Positions 1 to 13,316 of a stretch of DNA of 64,000 nucleotides are shown here, piece after piece (the first letter of the stretch is position 1; each line of letters starts with the position of its first letter). The translations under genes were made by a program, and so were the position numbers. Under the pieces are notes generated by a model. The model had not been told where the DNA came from and ran no database searches. It saw nothing but the letters and a program-made list of their open reading frames with translations. The DNA is taken from the NCBI RefSeq assembly GCF_006345805.1, contig NC_043012.1, forward strand, positions 45,260,001 to 45,324,000, given 5' to 3'. Origin of the DNA: Octopus sinensis. Taxonomy: Eukaryota.

Positions 1-78
1 CAGAACGAAAAGAAGGAAGAAATGCCGCTAAGCGTTTCGTCCAGCCACCTCACGATTTCGCTAGCTCGCTGCCTTAAG
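1..78 (-). mobile_element. SINE family D 5' head (window edge)
   Basis: Reverse complement (aaggcagcgagctagcgaaatcgt...gaaacgcttagcggcatttc) resembles the heads at 13317 and 13560. Confidence 0.55.
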
Positions 79-123
79 GAATACATTCCTAGTAATATTA
101 GTGGCAGTATACTCACTGAGAGA

Positions 124-440
124 AGGCATGGCCTGGTGGTTAGGGTGTTGCACTCCCAATCGTGAGAGGTGAGATGGTGGTTTGAAACCCTAGACCGAGT
201 AGTGCGTTGTGTTCTTGAGCAAAACACTTCATTTCACGTTTCGCTGCGATCACTTCGACTCTTCGACTCTGACGCGTGGTAGGTACACCGTGCACTCTTT
301 CAGGCAACATCGATTTGATGGTGAGACTGATCTAATGTGCGGCACGAGCATACGATCGCTATAAAAAAAATCATTTATGCAGATCGTTCAGCAAAAGCTG
401 AACGCGCATACTTCATCTTCGATGGGAGAGGCTATCATAC
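124..440 (+). mobile_element. tRNA-headed SINE, family E
   Basis: A-box-like tggcctggtggttagg, B-box-like ggtttgaaaccc, then gcgttgtgttcttgagcaaaacacttcatttcacgtt shared with the monomer at 10775. Confidence 0.7.
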
Positions 441-549
441 TGTACCCTTAGTTAATCGTTTCCTGTGAAATATATACTGCTGCGACTATCTGATTCCGTC
501 GATTTTTCATTTCGCTCATTCTGTAAATATCCTTAATCCAGATACACAG

Positions 550-700
<151 letters not shown>

Positions 701-1294
701 TCTGGGGCAAAATAAACGGTTGATTCATTAATGCCACAACAATTAATGGAAACAAGACACCTTTTATCTAAGGAGGGTATCCATGTGTATTCCAGTGCAT
801 ATGGATGTTCACATTTACATGCAAACATCAATGACTGAGGTAATCACAAAACCGAAAAAGCTCTCTTGACTTAATGAAAGAGCCTTAACACTTCATAAGT
901 GAGCGACTTGAATTCTGCAAAGAAAACACACACACACACACACCACACACACACACACACGCACACACACACACTCACGCACAAGCACACACACATACAC
1001 ACACAATAAACTTAAACACGCAGCAATACATTGTAGAAAATATTAACAAAAACAATTATATACAAGACAACCTAAAAACGAGAAAATTCGAAAGCATACA
1101 TTAACGAATAATCGAAAACTGTTTAAGGCCCATATGGGCACATAAAAAATACATTACAAGGGGCAAAAGATTTTCCTCAATCGAAGTCAGGTTTGAGTCA
1201 GAAGAGTAAACCAAAGTATTTTCTACAGAATCACTTGTTTTTGCTGTTGTTTTTGTTGCTGGTGCTCCTTATATATTGGACAACCACAACTTAG

Positions 1295-1884
1295 GCCGTA
1301 GGGTCACAAAAATAAAATTCAAGAATAGGCCCCTGAAACTGAAGCACAATGGCTGGTGTCAGCCACCAGCTACAATTTTGAAGACGTTACTAACATCTTG
1401 GAAATTGCCATCCTAGATCACCAGAACTGGATATGCCAGTCTTTCGAAATCTTGATTGAAGATAGAATAGAAAATATAGGAGATTTGATAAAACTACCAG
1501 GCGGCACCAACTTACATATCGCCGTTGAAGGCAGAAAACCACGCTGTCACCTCTGTGGCAGCAAAAACCACGTAAAAGTTGGTTGTGGTTGTCCAATATA
1601 CAAGGAGCAACAGCAACAAAAGCAACAACAAAAAAACCAAAAACCAAAGAAAGAACCAGCCCTACTACCCACACCGCCATATGCACAGCTGATAAAATAG
1701 CTCTACCAAGAAATGAAAGATCATCAGCAACCAACTAGCCAGCCCAAGCAAACGACAACTCTATCAGCGCCACCAAGAACAGAAACAGTACAATCACCAC
1801 CACCACCACCACCACCACAAATAACGCCGCCACCACCACCGCCGCCACCACCACCGCCACCACCATACCACCACCACCACCACC

Positions 1885-1916
<32 letters not shown>

Positions 1917-2175
1917 CAAAAAAACCAAAAACCAAAGAAAGAACCAGCCCTACTACCCACACCGCCATATGCACAGCTGATAAAATAGCTCTACCAAGAA
2001 ATGAAAGATCATCAGCAACCAACTAGCCAGCCCAAGCAAACGACAACTCTATCAGCGCCACCAAGAACAGAAACAGTACAATCACCACCACCACCACCAC
2101 CACCACAAATAACGCCGCCACCACCACCGCCGCCACCACCACCGCCACCACCATACCACCACCACCACCACCACC

Positions 2176-2207
<32 letters not shown>

Positions 2208-2752
2208 CAACAACAACAAAAACAACAATAACAACAACAACAATAGAAGCATCAAACGAAGAAGAGAAAAACAAAAGGACTCACAGCCGCCTCCCCAAAA
2301 CCCATAAACCACATCCCAAGTGTCACCAACCAGCACCAACAATAACAACAAAATCAACATTAGCACACTCCTAAATAGACCCCAATTCCTCGGACATGTC
2401 GTCCGACGAAGACGACACAGAGGAATGGCAAGTGGCCACAGGGGAAGGAGAAAAAGGGGTAAAAAGAAAGAATAGAGAAGCAAACAAAGCAAGGAGGTTT
2501 ACCACTCCCGAAACCAAAACATACGCAGAAAACAAAAGCATTAACACAAACACACAAACACGCAAGGAATCCACAATGCTGACAACAATAACCACAAACA
2601 ATTCAAACCTAATGCAATACATTAGGTCAAAGGCCAACATAACAGAAGACAATGTCAAAACAAACAATCACCCACGCAAAACACCACCACAACACATAAA
2701 AATCCTGCACGTGACACAACACACGCAACACACTGAAATCTCTCTAACCTGA
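1295..2752 (+). mobile_element. Tx1/L1-type LINE ORF1 remnant with gag-like CCHC zinc knuckle; frameshifted and internally duplicated
   Basis: GRRVTKI...LHIAVEGRKPRCHLCGSKNHVKVGC (C-x2-C-x4-H-x4-C), followed by a low-complexity tail and SSDEDDTEEWQV..KRK; lies upstream of a Tx1-type ORF2 fragment. Confidence 0.75.
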
Positions 2753-2794
2753 TGCTGTAGGGAGATTTCAAAAGTACTTATAAACAAATTGTAA

Positions 2795-3600
2795 AAAAAA
2801 TCCTCCTAAAGGGTTGGGTGGAGGTGGCGAACGTGTACATCGCATGGGTGATCTATTACCGTCTGAGGGTCGTACCTTCTCCCGACCCTACCATCACCAA
2901 ACTGGAACCCATGCCCTTTCGCTTTTTGTTGAAGGGAAGCGTTTTTGTGATGGTTAGGCGATCCATTTGCTGTCAACACCCGCTAATTGGAGGGCTGGGC
3001 ATGCCGCAGTGGATGATGTGCAGACATGCGCTGAGACTGCGACATCTCCGGCGCTTTATAGTCGACGGTGAACAGGTGTGGTCGCCGTGTGTGAGACGCG
3101 CTTTCCTGCAGCTCATCGCTTTGGCCGAATTGCATTCATGGGTCAAACAGAGACCGAGGCTAGGCGAATGGCACCGCGAGTGCCGCCTTGCTCCCCAGCA
3201 ACTCTGCCGTCCGAGACAAAACTTGTGCGACCCCAATTCCACGAAGGCGTTCTATAGAAGATTAGTGGAGGGGAGGCGCAACGTCGTTCTTAGGGAGAAT
3301 CTAGTCATCGACGGGGAACACCTGACCTGCCTCTTCAGGACCACTTTCAGGCCGGGATCTATGGACAACCACCGGAGATCCCTGGCATGGCAGTACCGTG
3401 GGGAAGCATTGCCTGTTCAGGATAAGCTCTATAGGCACGGTTCGTGCCTATAGATTTGCCCGAGATGCAGTAAGAGCGATGAAACCTTCCTACACACACT
3501 CGTGCAGTGTCCAACCATTTCGGGCCTGTAGGCTTTATGTCGAACTGCTACTGTCCAGTGTAGGACGAATTCGGTTATCGCCAAGTCCATCATGAATACA
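2795..3600 (+). mobile_element. Tx1/L1-type LINE ORF2 3' fragment (post-RT region and C-terminal zinc finger)
   Basis: LKGWVEVANVYIAWVIYYRL, CCQHPLIGGLGMP, and CPRCSKSDETFLHTLVQCPTI after a stop; endonuclease and RT are absent. Confidence 0.8.
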
Positions 3601-4686
3601 GCCCCACCACCTGTAATGTATAGCTATCAGTAGTTATATATTTGTGCGTGTCTATAGTGTCTGCTTTTTCCAAAAGTCTGTTTCATACAGAAAGAAGTTG
3701 TTGAATTACTTTGTACTCAATATATGTGCTTAACCCTTAACTCTAAACTTAAATGCCAATACAACCATAACCGAGCACGTAACCATAAAATTGAAGATAT
3801 TTAATAACAAATTTCGGGTTGGTTACTTCTTCCATAACTCTGAACTCTGCTATAGATCTTTTTGATGTTTGTGTTCGTGCTTTTATCCAGGTTTGTGTTA
3901 TATCGTGTTTTTTAAACAAAAGTCTGTTTGATTTTTGTATTTAAATAGGAATGTAACATAAGATGTGGGTTCACTTTCTAGTAGAAATCACCCCTTAATA
4001 AATGAACGCAAAATATTTGAACAACATCACAAAGCAGAATTTAAGCTGGCTTAGCTTAAAGTAAATCTTAATGAAGTTTTTCAATAAAAAAATGCGGTTT
4101 CGAATTGTGTTGTTGTTCATGGATTTGCACTTGCTTACATAAAATTTAGTCGATTTGCTGTATATATCGGTGGTAGAGTATTAGACGAAAATCTGCTTAA
4201 TTCGTTTTAAAATAAAAGTTGATTAAACATTTATCATGGTTATTGACAGCATTTATAAATTTAATTCCAGTCGGGTTCCCCCACGACTGAGATTTGATGT
4301 CATTCTATCTGCTAGAAAAGATGCCCAAATTGTTTTGTAATCATTCTTTCCTACTGTAAGCAAAAGCTGTGAACAAGATCTAAACGATCTGCGAACAGAG
4401 GAGCCAAGATTAAACCGTATCTAGAGCAATACAGATATAAATAACAAAAACTATAATAACTAACGCAAAAGATTTGGAATTCCGGTTCTTTTTACTGAAA
4501 TCCCCCCAAATTTTAAGTCGCTATAACAGATGAAGGTGTTTTTCCGAAACGTCTGCCAAATTAACAACTACAAGAGAAGCCTCAACTGAAAATTTGGAAG
4601 TGACAAAGAAGTTGACGTAAAGGCAGTAACGGGGCAGAAATCACAGTACCAGCTATCAATGCTTCTGTAATTTATTAAAATAAAAG

Positions 4687-5470
4687 CAGGGGTCGAACAG
4701 TTACATTATTTTTCGGCATAGTCTTCTTACTTATTCCATCGGAGAAAAAGGTTTTCGCCTGGTCGCATAGCTATTTATGTACCGTTTCATGCTCTTCATT
4801 CGTCGCAAATCGACAATCTGGTAAAGGATGCCGAAAGGTTATCTGATAGTCGAAGCGAGGAGTGGACTGTATGTAGAGTGTCCTGGCAATCCGAAACCCA
4901 GATTTTCAATAACATCAATGATGTGGGCGACCGTGTGTGGGTGTGCATTATCATGCAACAATAATACTTAATCTCATACTTTGGTGAGAATATCTAGTTT
5001 CTGTTTCTTGGCTATCTTTTCACTGTAGCCTAAACTGGTCGCTGTAAAGCCTCTTTTCAGGTAACGTTCCAATATAGTTTCTTTTTTGCATCTAATATAA
5101 CGGTTAGCATTACTTTTCCTGCGGAAGATTGTGTCTTGAGTTTCTTTTTCGCTGGCGATTCCGGGTGTTTTAATTCTATATTCTACTTTTCGGATTTTAG
5201 CTCAAAGTTTTGAGCCGAGATCTCATCTCGTTTGATTCTTTTCTTCAGAAACTTCGCCTTCATCGTTTAAGCGGTTGAGTAAGCGTTGACATGCGCTTAA
5301 TCACTTCAGCAAGCTCTCATGACACCCATCTCGCACGCACTTTACAGAATCGATAATTGTCGGGGTTGATTTTGTATGTAGAACCATGACTAATTTGCAG
5401 AGAATATACCACCTCATCAATGGTTTCTCTCTTGAGCTTGCTGAATCTTCTTCATCAATTTGTACAACAT
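4687..5470 (-). mobile_element. Decayed mariner transposon, 3' part (interrupted by a LINE)
   Basis: Minus-strand remnants ETIDEVVYSLQISHGS, KVRARWV, KLKTQSSAGKVMLTV, LLHDNAHPH; degenerate TIR-like gcaggggtcgaac at about 4686. Confidence 0.75.
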
Positions 5471-7869
5471 CTTCCCGGTTCGGCCAGGCCCTTCTTGACG
5501 TGGCTGAAGATTGTTTTCTATCGCAACATGTTGAATATCCGACAAGGCATCGGTCTGGGCAGCAGCCATCTATGCTAGATCTGGTATTCTCCCGCTATCC
5601 AAGATCAGTGTCAGACGTATCTGTGTGCGCCCCTCTTGCCAAGAGTGATCATGCGGTCCTGAAGTTCGTCATGCACACAACTTTTTCTACGCCCACGACT
5701 ACTTCGCTGCCACGTAGAGTCTTCTCTGCAATTAATCTTGAAATTCTAACCGAGGCTTCCGCGCTTCTGGACTGGCGATCCCTGATGACGTTGTCCTCAG
5801 TTGACGAACTATGGTCATCCCTCAAAGCATATGTAATCTGTTTGACTGACCAGGCAGTTCCCGTTGGGCTTCCCAAGAAGAAGAAACACAAGCCCTGGGT
5901 GACGAAGAAGGTTAAACGAGAACGTCGACTCAGAGATATTGCTTGGGCTGAATTCAAAAATCTGGATTCGACTGCAGCTTTTGAGGTGTACAAAACTCAA
6001 CGAGACCGAGCCGTGAAAATTGAAAAGAAAGAACGCTTCAGTTATGAATACAAAACCGCGGCAAATGCCAGTAGCAATCCAAAAACCTTCTTTGCCCATG
6101 TCCAGCGGAATTCCCGCTTGAACAACCAGATTGCAACGTTGGTAGACTCAACAGGCGTATCGATTGAGGACCCTTATCAACAGAGTCAATTATTTGCCGA
6201 GGCTTTTTCAACTATTTTCAAACAAGATGATGGTCGTGAACCCCCTCCATTTGATAGATCGGTACCTCCAATGCTTCGATTGGTCATCACGCAGGACGAA
6301 GTCAAACGTGTTATTCAAGGCCTCGATGTCAACAAGGGTCACGGCCCTGACGGCATACACCCACGGGTTATCAAAGCGTTGGCTCCGGTCATCTGCGAGC
6401 CCTTAACACGACTATTCAATATGTCATTGGCGACGGGTGTTATACCTGCAGACTGGAGAACAGTGATAATCTGCCCAATTTTCAAGAAAGGGAGCCGCGA
6501 AGACCCGCTTAACTACCGACCGGTTTCCCTTACATCAATAATCAGCAAGATGTTCGAAACCATCCTTAAGAAAAGTATGATGCTTCACCTCCTAAACACA
6601 GCCTCTATCTCTGATTCCCAACACGGCTTCGTGCCGAAGAGATCATGCTTGACCAACTTACTAGTAATGGAAGAATTGGTGACGCGCATCCTCGATGATA
6701 GTGATGCTGTTGACATCGTTTTATTGGACTTTGCCAAAGCTTTTGACTCGGTAAACCACCGCCTATTACTTGTCAAGCTTCAAGCATATAGTTTCCATCC
6801 GGATATTATACGATGGGTTGGTGCCTTCCTCTCAGATCGCTCCTTCCAAGTCCAAGTTAATGGTTCGCGGTCCGACGTCTCCAGTGCGAGCAGTGGCGTG
6901 CCTCAAGGTTCAGTGCTTGGGCCCTTGTTGTTCTTAGTCTTCATAAATGACTTGCCCGACGACCTCACGCAACACACCCTTCTATTTGCCGACGATATCA
7001 ACTGGTCGCTCCTCGCGGTAATATAGAGGATCTTCGTCGATGCCTCCACCAAATTTGGAAGTGGTCTAACGATTGGGACCTGTGTCTGAACGTGTCAAAG
7101 TGCTGTCATCTGCCTGTCGGCCCTACTCCTGCAACTCAACTTGATTTCGAGCCGGGTCGTCTGCTGCTGGAGAGGACCGATCAGGTAAAGGACCTGGGTA
7201 TCTTGGTGGATTCCTCCTTTTCGCCTTCGGCCCAGTGCGTCCATGCTGCCAACAAAGCACGCGAAATTCTGTTCTTGATTCGACGGTCATTCGGAATGCT
7301 CACAGCAGCCATATTCCTACCACTCTATGTCACGCTGGTGAGACCCATATTGGAGTATGGGATTCAAGCCTCTTCTCCTTATCTCCTCAAAGACATACAG
7401 CATCTCGAAAGAGTCCAGAAGCTGGCTACCCGCATGGTTCATGGTCTCAAAAATTTGTCCTACGAAGAAAGGCTGAGGACGCTCGACCTTTATTCTCTTG
7501 AAAAACGCCGCCGCCGTGGTGATCTCATTCTCGCCCACAACATCATAAGCGGAAAGTGTAACCTCTCGAAAGAGCTGTTCTTTACTCCTGCTCCAGAGAG
7601 TCGGCTGCGGGGTCATTCCGAAAAGCTCTACCTGCGACGATTTCATCTCAATCGAAGGAGAGAGGCTTTCTCCGTCCGGGTTGTGGATCCGTGGAATAAG
7701 CTGCCGGACGAGATAGTGAAGATGCCGACGACCGCTTTGTTCAAAGCCTCCCTGGACCTCAAGTGGCCTGAACTCTTTACATGAACACCACCTTGTACTT
7801 AACTCCATGTCCCCCTACATGGCCTTGCTATTTGCTTTTGAGCCAAATTAACTAACTAACTAACTAACT
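5471..7869 (+). mobile_element. 5'-truncated CR1-type LINE ORF2 (endonuclease C-terminus and reverse transcriptase), one frameshift near 7010, (ACTA)n tail
   Basis: LDLVF..SDH, YRPVSLTS, QHGF, DFAKAFDSVNH, GVPQGSVLGPLLF, FADD, RPILEY, RRRRGDLI; tail aactaactaac at 7849-7872; AACAT at 5466-5470 and 7870-7874 (TSD). Confidence 0.92.
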
Positions 7870-8130
7870 AACATGCCAGTAGTGGAGGCTGATTGGTATC
7901 TACGTGCTTCAAACTTGTCAGGGCGTTTTACAATTTCTGGATCCACTCATACACACTTTTACGCTGTTCCCTTATTGTAATGAAAGCCCGTTGAAGAATT
8001 TCAACTCCTGTCACACATTCAGATGGAAGAAATCGGATCATTAATCTTTGTTTTCACTCGATGCACACCACCAGCATGGTTACTCTGTAGAACAAAAAAG
8101 AAAACTTGAGTGATCAAGTTCAACCCTCGT
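7870..8130 (-). mobile_element. Decayed mariner transposon, 5' part (HTH region and TIR)
   Basis: Minus-strand KQRLMIRFLPSECVTGVEILQR...SVYEWIQK; end acgagggttgaac; continuous with 4687-5470 across the TSD. Confidence 0.75.
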
Positions 8131-8349
8131 TTACCTGACCACAAGAATACCAACATTTAATACGCGCGTGCAGAAGACAGTGTGGCCATCATAAAGAAAA
8201 GAAATGGCGAAAGTGCGGATAATGTCGCAAAATGGATATCCTTTATGAAAAAATATATAATCGGTCCAAACTGCAAACTTTGTATATAATCTGAGATCAC
8301 CGTAACTTCGAAGCGTATTCACACGCACACACACACACACGTTTATATG

Positions 8350-8470
<121 letters not shown>

Positions 8471-8757
8471 GGAGGCGAAATGGCCCAGTGGTTAGGGCAG
8501 CGGACTCGCGGTCGTAGGACCGAAGTTTGGATTCCCAGACCGGGCGTTGTGAGTGTTTATTGAGCGAAAACACCTAAAAGCTCCACGGCGCTCCGGCAGG
8601 GGGGTGGTGATCCCTGCTGTACTCTTTCACCACTCTTTCTTCTGTTGGCCTGCTCGCTTAGCCAGCGGGGTGGCGTCATTCGAAGGCTAAAACAATGCAA
8701 ACGCATTGTGACCAGCGATGTCTAACACCATCTGATGGTCGGTCACGTGATCACGTG

Positions 8758-8758
<1 letters not shown>
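8471..8758 (+). mobile_element. tRNA-headed SINE, family B
   Basis: ggaggcg..tggcccagtggttagggcagcggactcgcggtcgtagg..gattcccagaccggg; same head at 11016 and 61942. Confidence 0.8.
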
Positions 8759-8814
<56 letters not shown>

Positions 8815-10774
8815 ATATATATACATGTACTAGGAAGTTATGGAGGTTAATTACAAAGATATTGGTTAGCCTGTAAAAACCATAAAATGAAAATCTATAA
8901 ATATTATAATAAAATTTTCTTAGAAGACTGATCTTATAATAGTTTAAATCAGGTCCATAATTTTCCTGCTATGTATATTTGCTAACTTTTCATTATAGAC
9001 AATAATGGATTTCAAAATTGAAATGTGATGTATTAAAGCAGGCGTAAATTTTGTCGGGTGCCCAAATCACTAGGTCAGCGCTCAAAACTAATGTATATAA
9101 TATAAACGCATATAAGTTGATGGATCCATCGATGGAATAATCAGACTTATGCAAGCATTTGTTTGTAACAATGAAGAAAAGAAAGCTGTAAAACAAAACT
9201 ACGATAAACAAATTTATGAAAGGTAACAAACAAAAAGCAGAATATATGGCGAGTGAGTGTATGATAGAAGTGAAGATAGAATGAAAATGGAGTTGAGTAA
9301 CGCAAGAAGAATAAGACTGAAATGGAGGAGGAGGAGAAGGAGGAGGAGAAAAATAAGAAGAAGGAAGTGGAGTGATTAAGACTAAGAACAAAAGTAGACA
9401 TTTGTTTATAAAATCTATCGTATCAGCAGGTGCATATGAATAGGGAAATTGTGGCTGAGAGAAATAACTGAACAATCACGCTGTTGCTGCTGCTGCTGCT
9501 GCTGCTGTTGTTGTTGTTGTAAGTGCTCCCACTGCTACAGCTACTGTTAGTGCTACTTCTACAACTGCTGACAGAGAATAGTATTGATTAAGACTATTTC
9601 TGCTCATTCTCCTCGCGGCCTTCGTAAGATAAAATTGCTTCAACTAAAATTGTAAATTCCATTATTCAAGTCTTATTTATGTGAAAGAAATGAGAGATTA
9701 CTAGTGATTGTATTAAATCTTAACTCTTGTTGCTCACTAATGTCATTTTCGATGGCCATTAGGACGCTATTGTTACTGTGCAAACTTCTCATTGTCATAA
9801 CAGCTAACTCTCGAAATGTTTATCTTCTTCTTGCTGTAGGTGGTTGTTAATGTAGATTTTAATTTTCGATGGCGACACATTAGATATTTTCACACACAAA
9901 AAAGAATATGAATGAAGCTGAATTAATAGAATGATTTCGGTGTTTTAGTGATAAAACAATGAATGCATTTTTGTCTGGATATTGAATTTGGGTCTCGATA
10001 ATTTTTTATGAAATTTTAAATCCTTTTGTCACTAAATTTTGTATATCATATGTCACTAGATACACTAGATATCTTGCACACATGCAGTTACTATTAGATT
10101 GAAAGGAGAAAAAATAAACTAAAAACTGCTGTGCATTTCATAAGATGGAATATTCGTAAGGCTTAATTAAAACACTTCTGACACAATGAAAATGATTGTC
10201 GAATTATATCGCCACGCATGTCAAAAGTTTTATAAGATTATGGACAATATGCCAGTAGCCATCTCTCTTAATGTATACATTTAGCTTTCTACTAGCATTC
10301 TCCATGACTTCAATACAAAAAATTTAAAAACTGAGGTTTTAGAGTTGCTTTTCCTCTGTATACATTATATATCTAAGTATCCTTCATATTAATGTGAAGA
10401 ATTTGAATCTTTGGAACGTATGTAAATATATTTTTCTGTAGGATGATGATACATCTTGCCAGTGTATGATCAGGACAACGAGTATTAATGGTATATTTGT
10501 AAGGAACACTTGAGATGAGATAAATTAGCCATATCAGAAACTTGAATGCATTTTATATTATTGCCTGCAAGTAGATTCTCTAGATATGTTATAAGAGTTT
10601 ACAGTTTCAAATATACCGATACATTGCGTTTAAATATTGAATAAAAATGCATAAAATTTTGAATATGTCTGGTGATGAAAATCGTTTGCATATAACTGCT
10701 GATTGCTTACATAACGCAAAAGCAAGTGACCTAATACAAATTCCATGTTATTGTAAGCTATGCAATGATACGTC

Positions 10775-11329
10775 GTGGAGGCGCGTGGCTTAGTGGTTAG
10801 GGAGTCAGCATCATGATCGTAAGATTGTGGTTTCGATTCCTGGACTGGGCGACGCGTTGTGCAAAACACTTCATTTCACGTTGCTCCAGTTTACTCAACT
10901 GGCAAAAATGAGTAGCGTTGCGATGGACTGGCGTCCCGTCCAGCTAGGGAATACATACGCCATTGAAATCGGGAAACCGGGTCCATGAGCCTGGCTACGC
11001 TTTAAAAGGGTGAAAGGAGGCGCATTGACCCAGTGGCTAGGGCAGAGAACTCGCAGTCAGAGGATCGCGGTTTCGATTCCCAGACCGGGCGTTGTGTGTG
11101 TTTATTGAGCGAAAACACCTAAAGCTCCACGAGGCTCCGGCAGGGGGTGGTGGCGACCCCGGTTGTAGTCTTTCGCCCCAACTTTCTCTCACTCTTTCTC
11201 CCTGTTTCTTGGGTAACGCTGCAATGGACTGGCGTCCCGTCCAGTTGGGGAGAAGACATACGCCATAGAAACCGGGAAAACGGGCCCATGGCCTGGCTAG
11301 GCTTGAAGAGGGCGCATAAATAAATAAAA
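10775..11329 (+). mobile_element. Dimeric SINE (family E monomer 10775-11012 plus family B monomer 11016-11329) with 15-bp TSD
   Basis: atgcaatgatacgtc at 10760-10774 and 11330-11344; both monomers end in a gc(g/a)atggactggcgtcccgtccag tail; terminal (AAAT)n. Confidence 0.85.
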
Positions 11330-11585
11330 ATGCAATGATACGTCATATTATAAGTAATTTCTAATATGAACGTGTTCTGCTCACGCAAATGCTTTTGAAT
11401 AAGGCATTTCACGAGAATAATGTTTTTTTTAAAAAATATTTCGTAGCTGCTCCCTAAATTGAAGGATCTTAAAAAACATTTAGATGAAAGGATTCCTCTG
11501 CTATAATTGTTTTTCTAATATAAACAGTGTTTCTCCTAATTGAGTTATAAAAGAAAAGATCGTAAACTAATTAAGCACAGTTATT

Positions 11586-11588
<3 letters not shown>

Positions 11589-11665
<77 letters not shown>
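11589..11665. repeat. (AAT)n microsatellite
   Basis: Directly visible. Confidence 0.95.
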
Positions 11666-11667
<2 letters not shown>

Positions 11668-13081
11668 CTCTTGTGGCCTGTGGTCATTTTGCTTTTGATG
11701 ATAGACCTACTGTTGATACCAAAATTAAAGGTTTAATTCATACTACCTTCTTGACATTCAACTGATATTCGACAAAGAAATAAAAGAACTATTTTTCATG
11801 TTTGCATACCAAACACAATTTATATAGCAACAAACGTCACTACTAGTCTTATCTTCGATACTACATTTTCAATTTTTGTTTATCGTATTAGTAGTTTTAT
11901 TCCAGGCCAATTGTACCACCATGAGTATTTTGTTTCTAAAAGCATTTTTCTCATCTATTGTCAGCAGCATTCTGTAAGAGATGTAATCGTTGTATTAGTA
12001 TAGTATTTATTCTGTTGCCTGTAGATGTTTGAAGATTTTAATGGTTCTGCGTACTCTCTGTTTTGCTATGATGTTTTTGGCTTCAGATATTTTGTCTCGC
12101 CAGATGTCATAATGTTGGTTAAAGTGATAACAGTGATCGAAATATGTTGAAACTCATTCATACAACAATAAACAAGAGGAAAAATACAATTAGATTTCCA
12201 TTACGAACAACTTCAAAAGGCACAAGAAGAGCGCGCAACATCAAAACGCTTTCCAAATACTAGACACAACAAAGAATATAGATAAATAAAGTCAGGAACT
12301 ACAAAGGCTAGCGTAGTACACAAGAACTGTAATGAGAGATGCAAATAAGCACTGTTTGACTTACATCAAATATATTGTAATTGTCAGAGAGGAGTGAATG
12401 TGTAGTGAACACAAGAGCCACTCAGGACACCTGCCAATAGTTGGGATATTTATCACATATTTGATCAGGCGTTCAAACATGGCTTCAAAAGCTGTCAATA
12501 ATCATATAACAAATGTAGGTTAGAAGATACAAAACTAAATTTCAAATGGTGTTTGGAAACAGTAGAAATTTTTTTTTTTTTTTTTTAATTTTCCAGCGGT
12601 CTGGTTTCACGTTCCACTCCAGTCTTAGCGTGGAAATACTAATAACAAGATAAATTGTTGTTTTTTTATTCCCTGTGAACATTTTATTATCAGCAAAGCG
12701 ACGTATTAAAAATAAATAAAGATTAATTTGCTTCCATTTCACTGGCACAAAGAAGATTCTCAGATAATTTTTGTGAATAAATCGACGATTTCTATCTCGT
12801 TTATAAATGCATATATGGCCCATAGCAAGGTTTATGTAAGTATGCTTACATGCACGTATGTATGCAACTATGTATTATTATGTATGTAAATAAATATATA
12901 TATATATGTAGGGGGTTAGTGTGTGTATATATATATATATATACGTGTGTGTATGTGTGTATGTATGTATGTATGTATGTATATCTATATATATATATAT
13001 AAACACACGTATATATGTATATCTGTCAAGATATCTATGTTAGCAGGTGCATGAACAGATAAATAAAAGTGGCTTCATTAA

Positions 13082-13289
<208 letters not shown>

Positions 13290-13316
13290 GGACCATTCAA
13301 CAGTTACATACGGATT

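Noticed and set aside
5386-5470. N-terminus of the 546-aa ORF as a true LINE start
   Set aside because: It lies outside the TSD, in antisense mariner sequence
8471-8560. tRNA genes at SINE heads (also 124, 10775, 11016, 14468, 61942)
   Set aside because: They have A/B-box-like motifs, but I could not fit a full cloverleaf, and each continues into a repeated SINE body
11700-12300. Possible decayed GIY-YIG/PLE remnant (FYI.QT-like)
   Set aside because: It needs frameshifts to see and has only one short motif, which is not supportable
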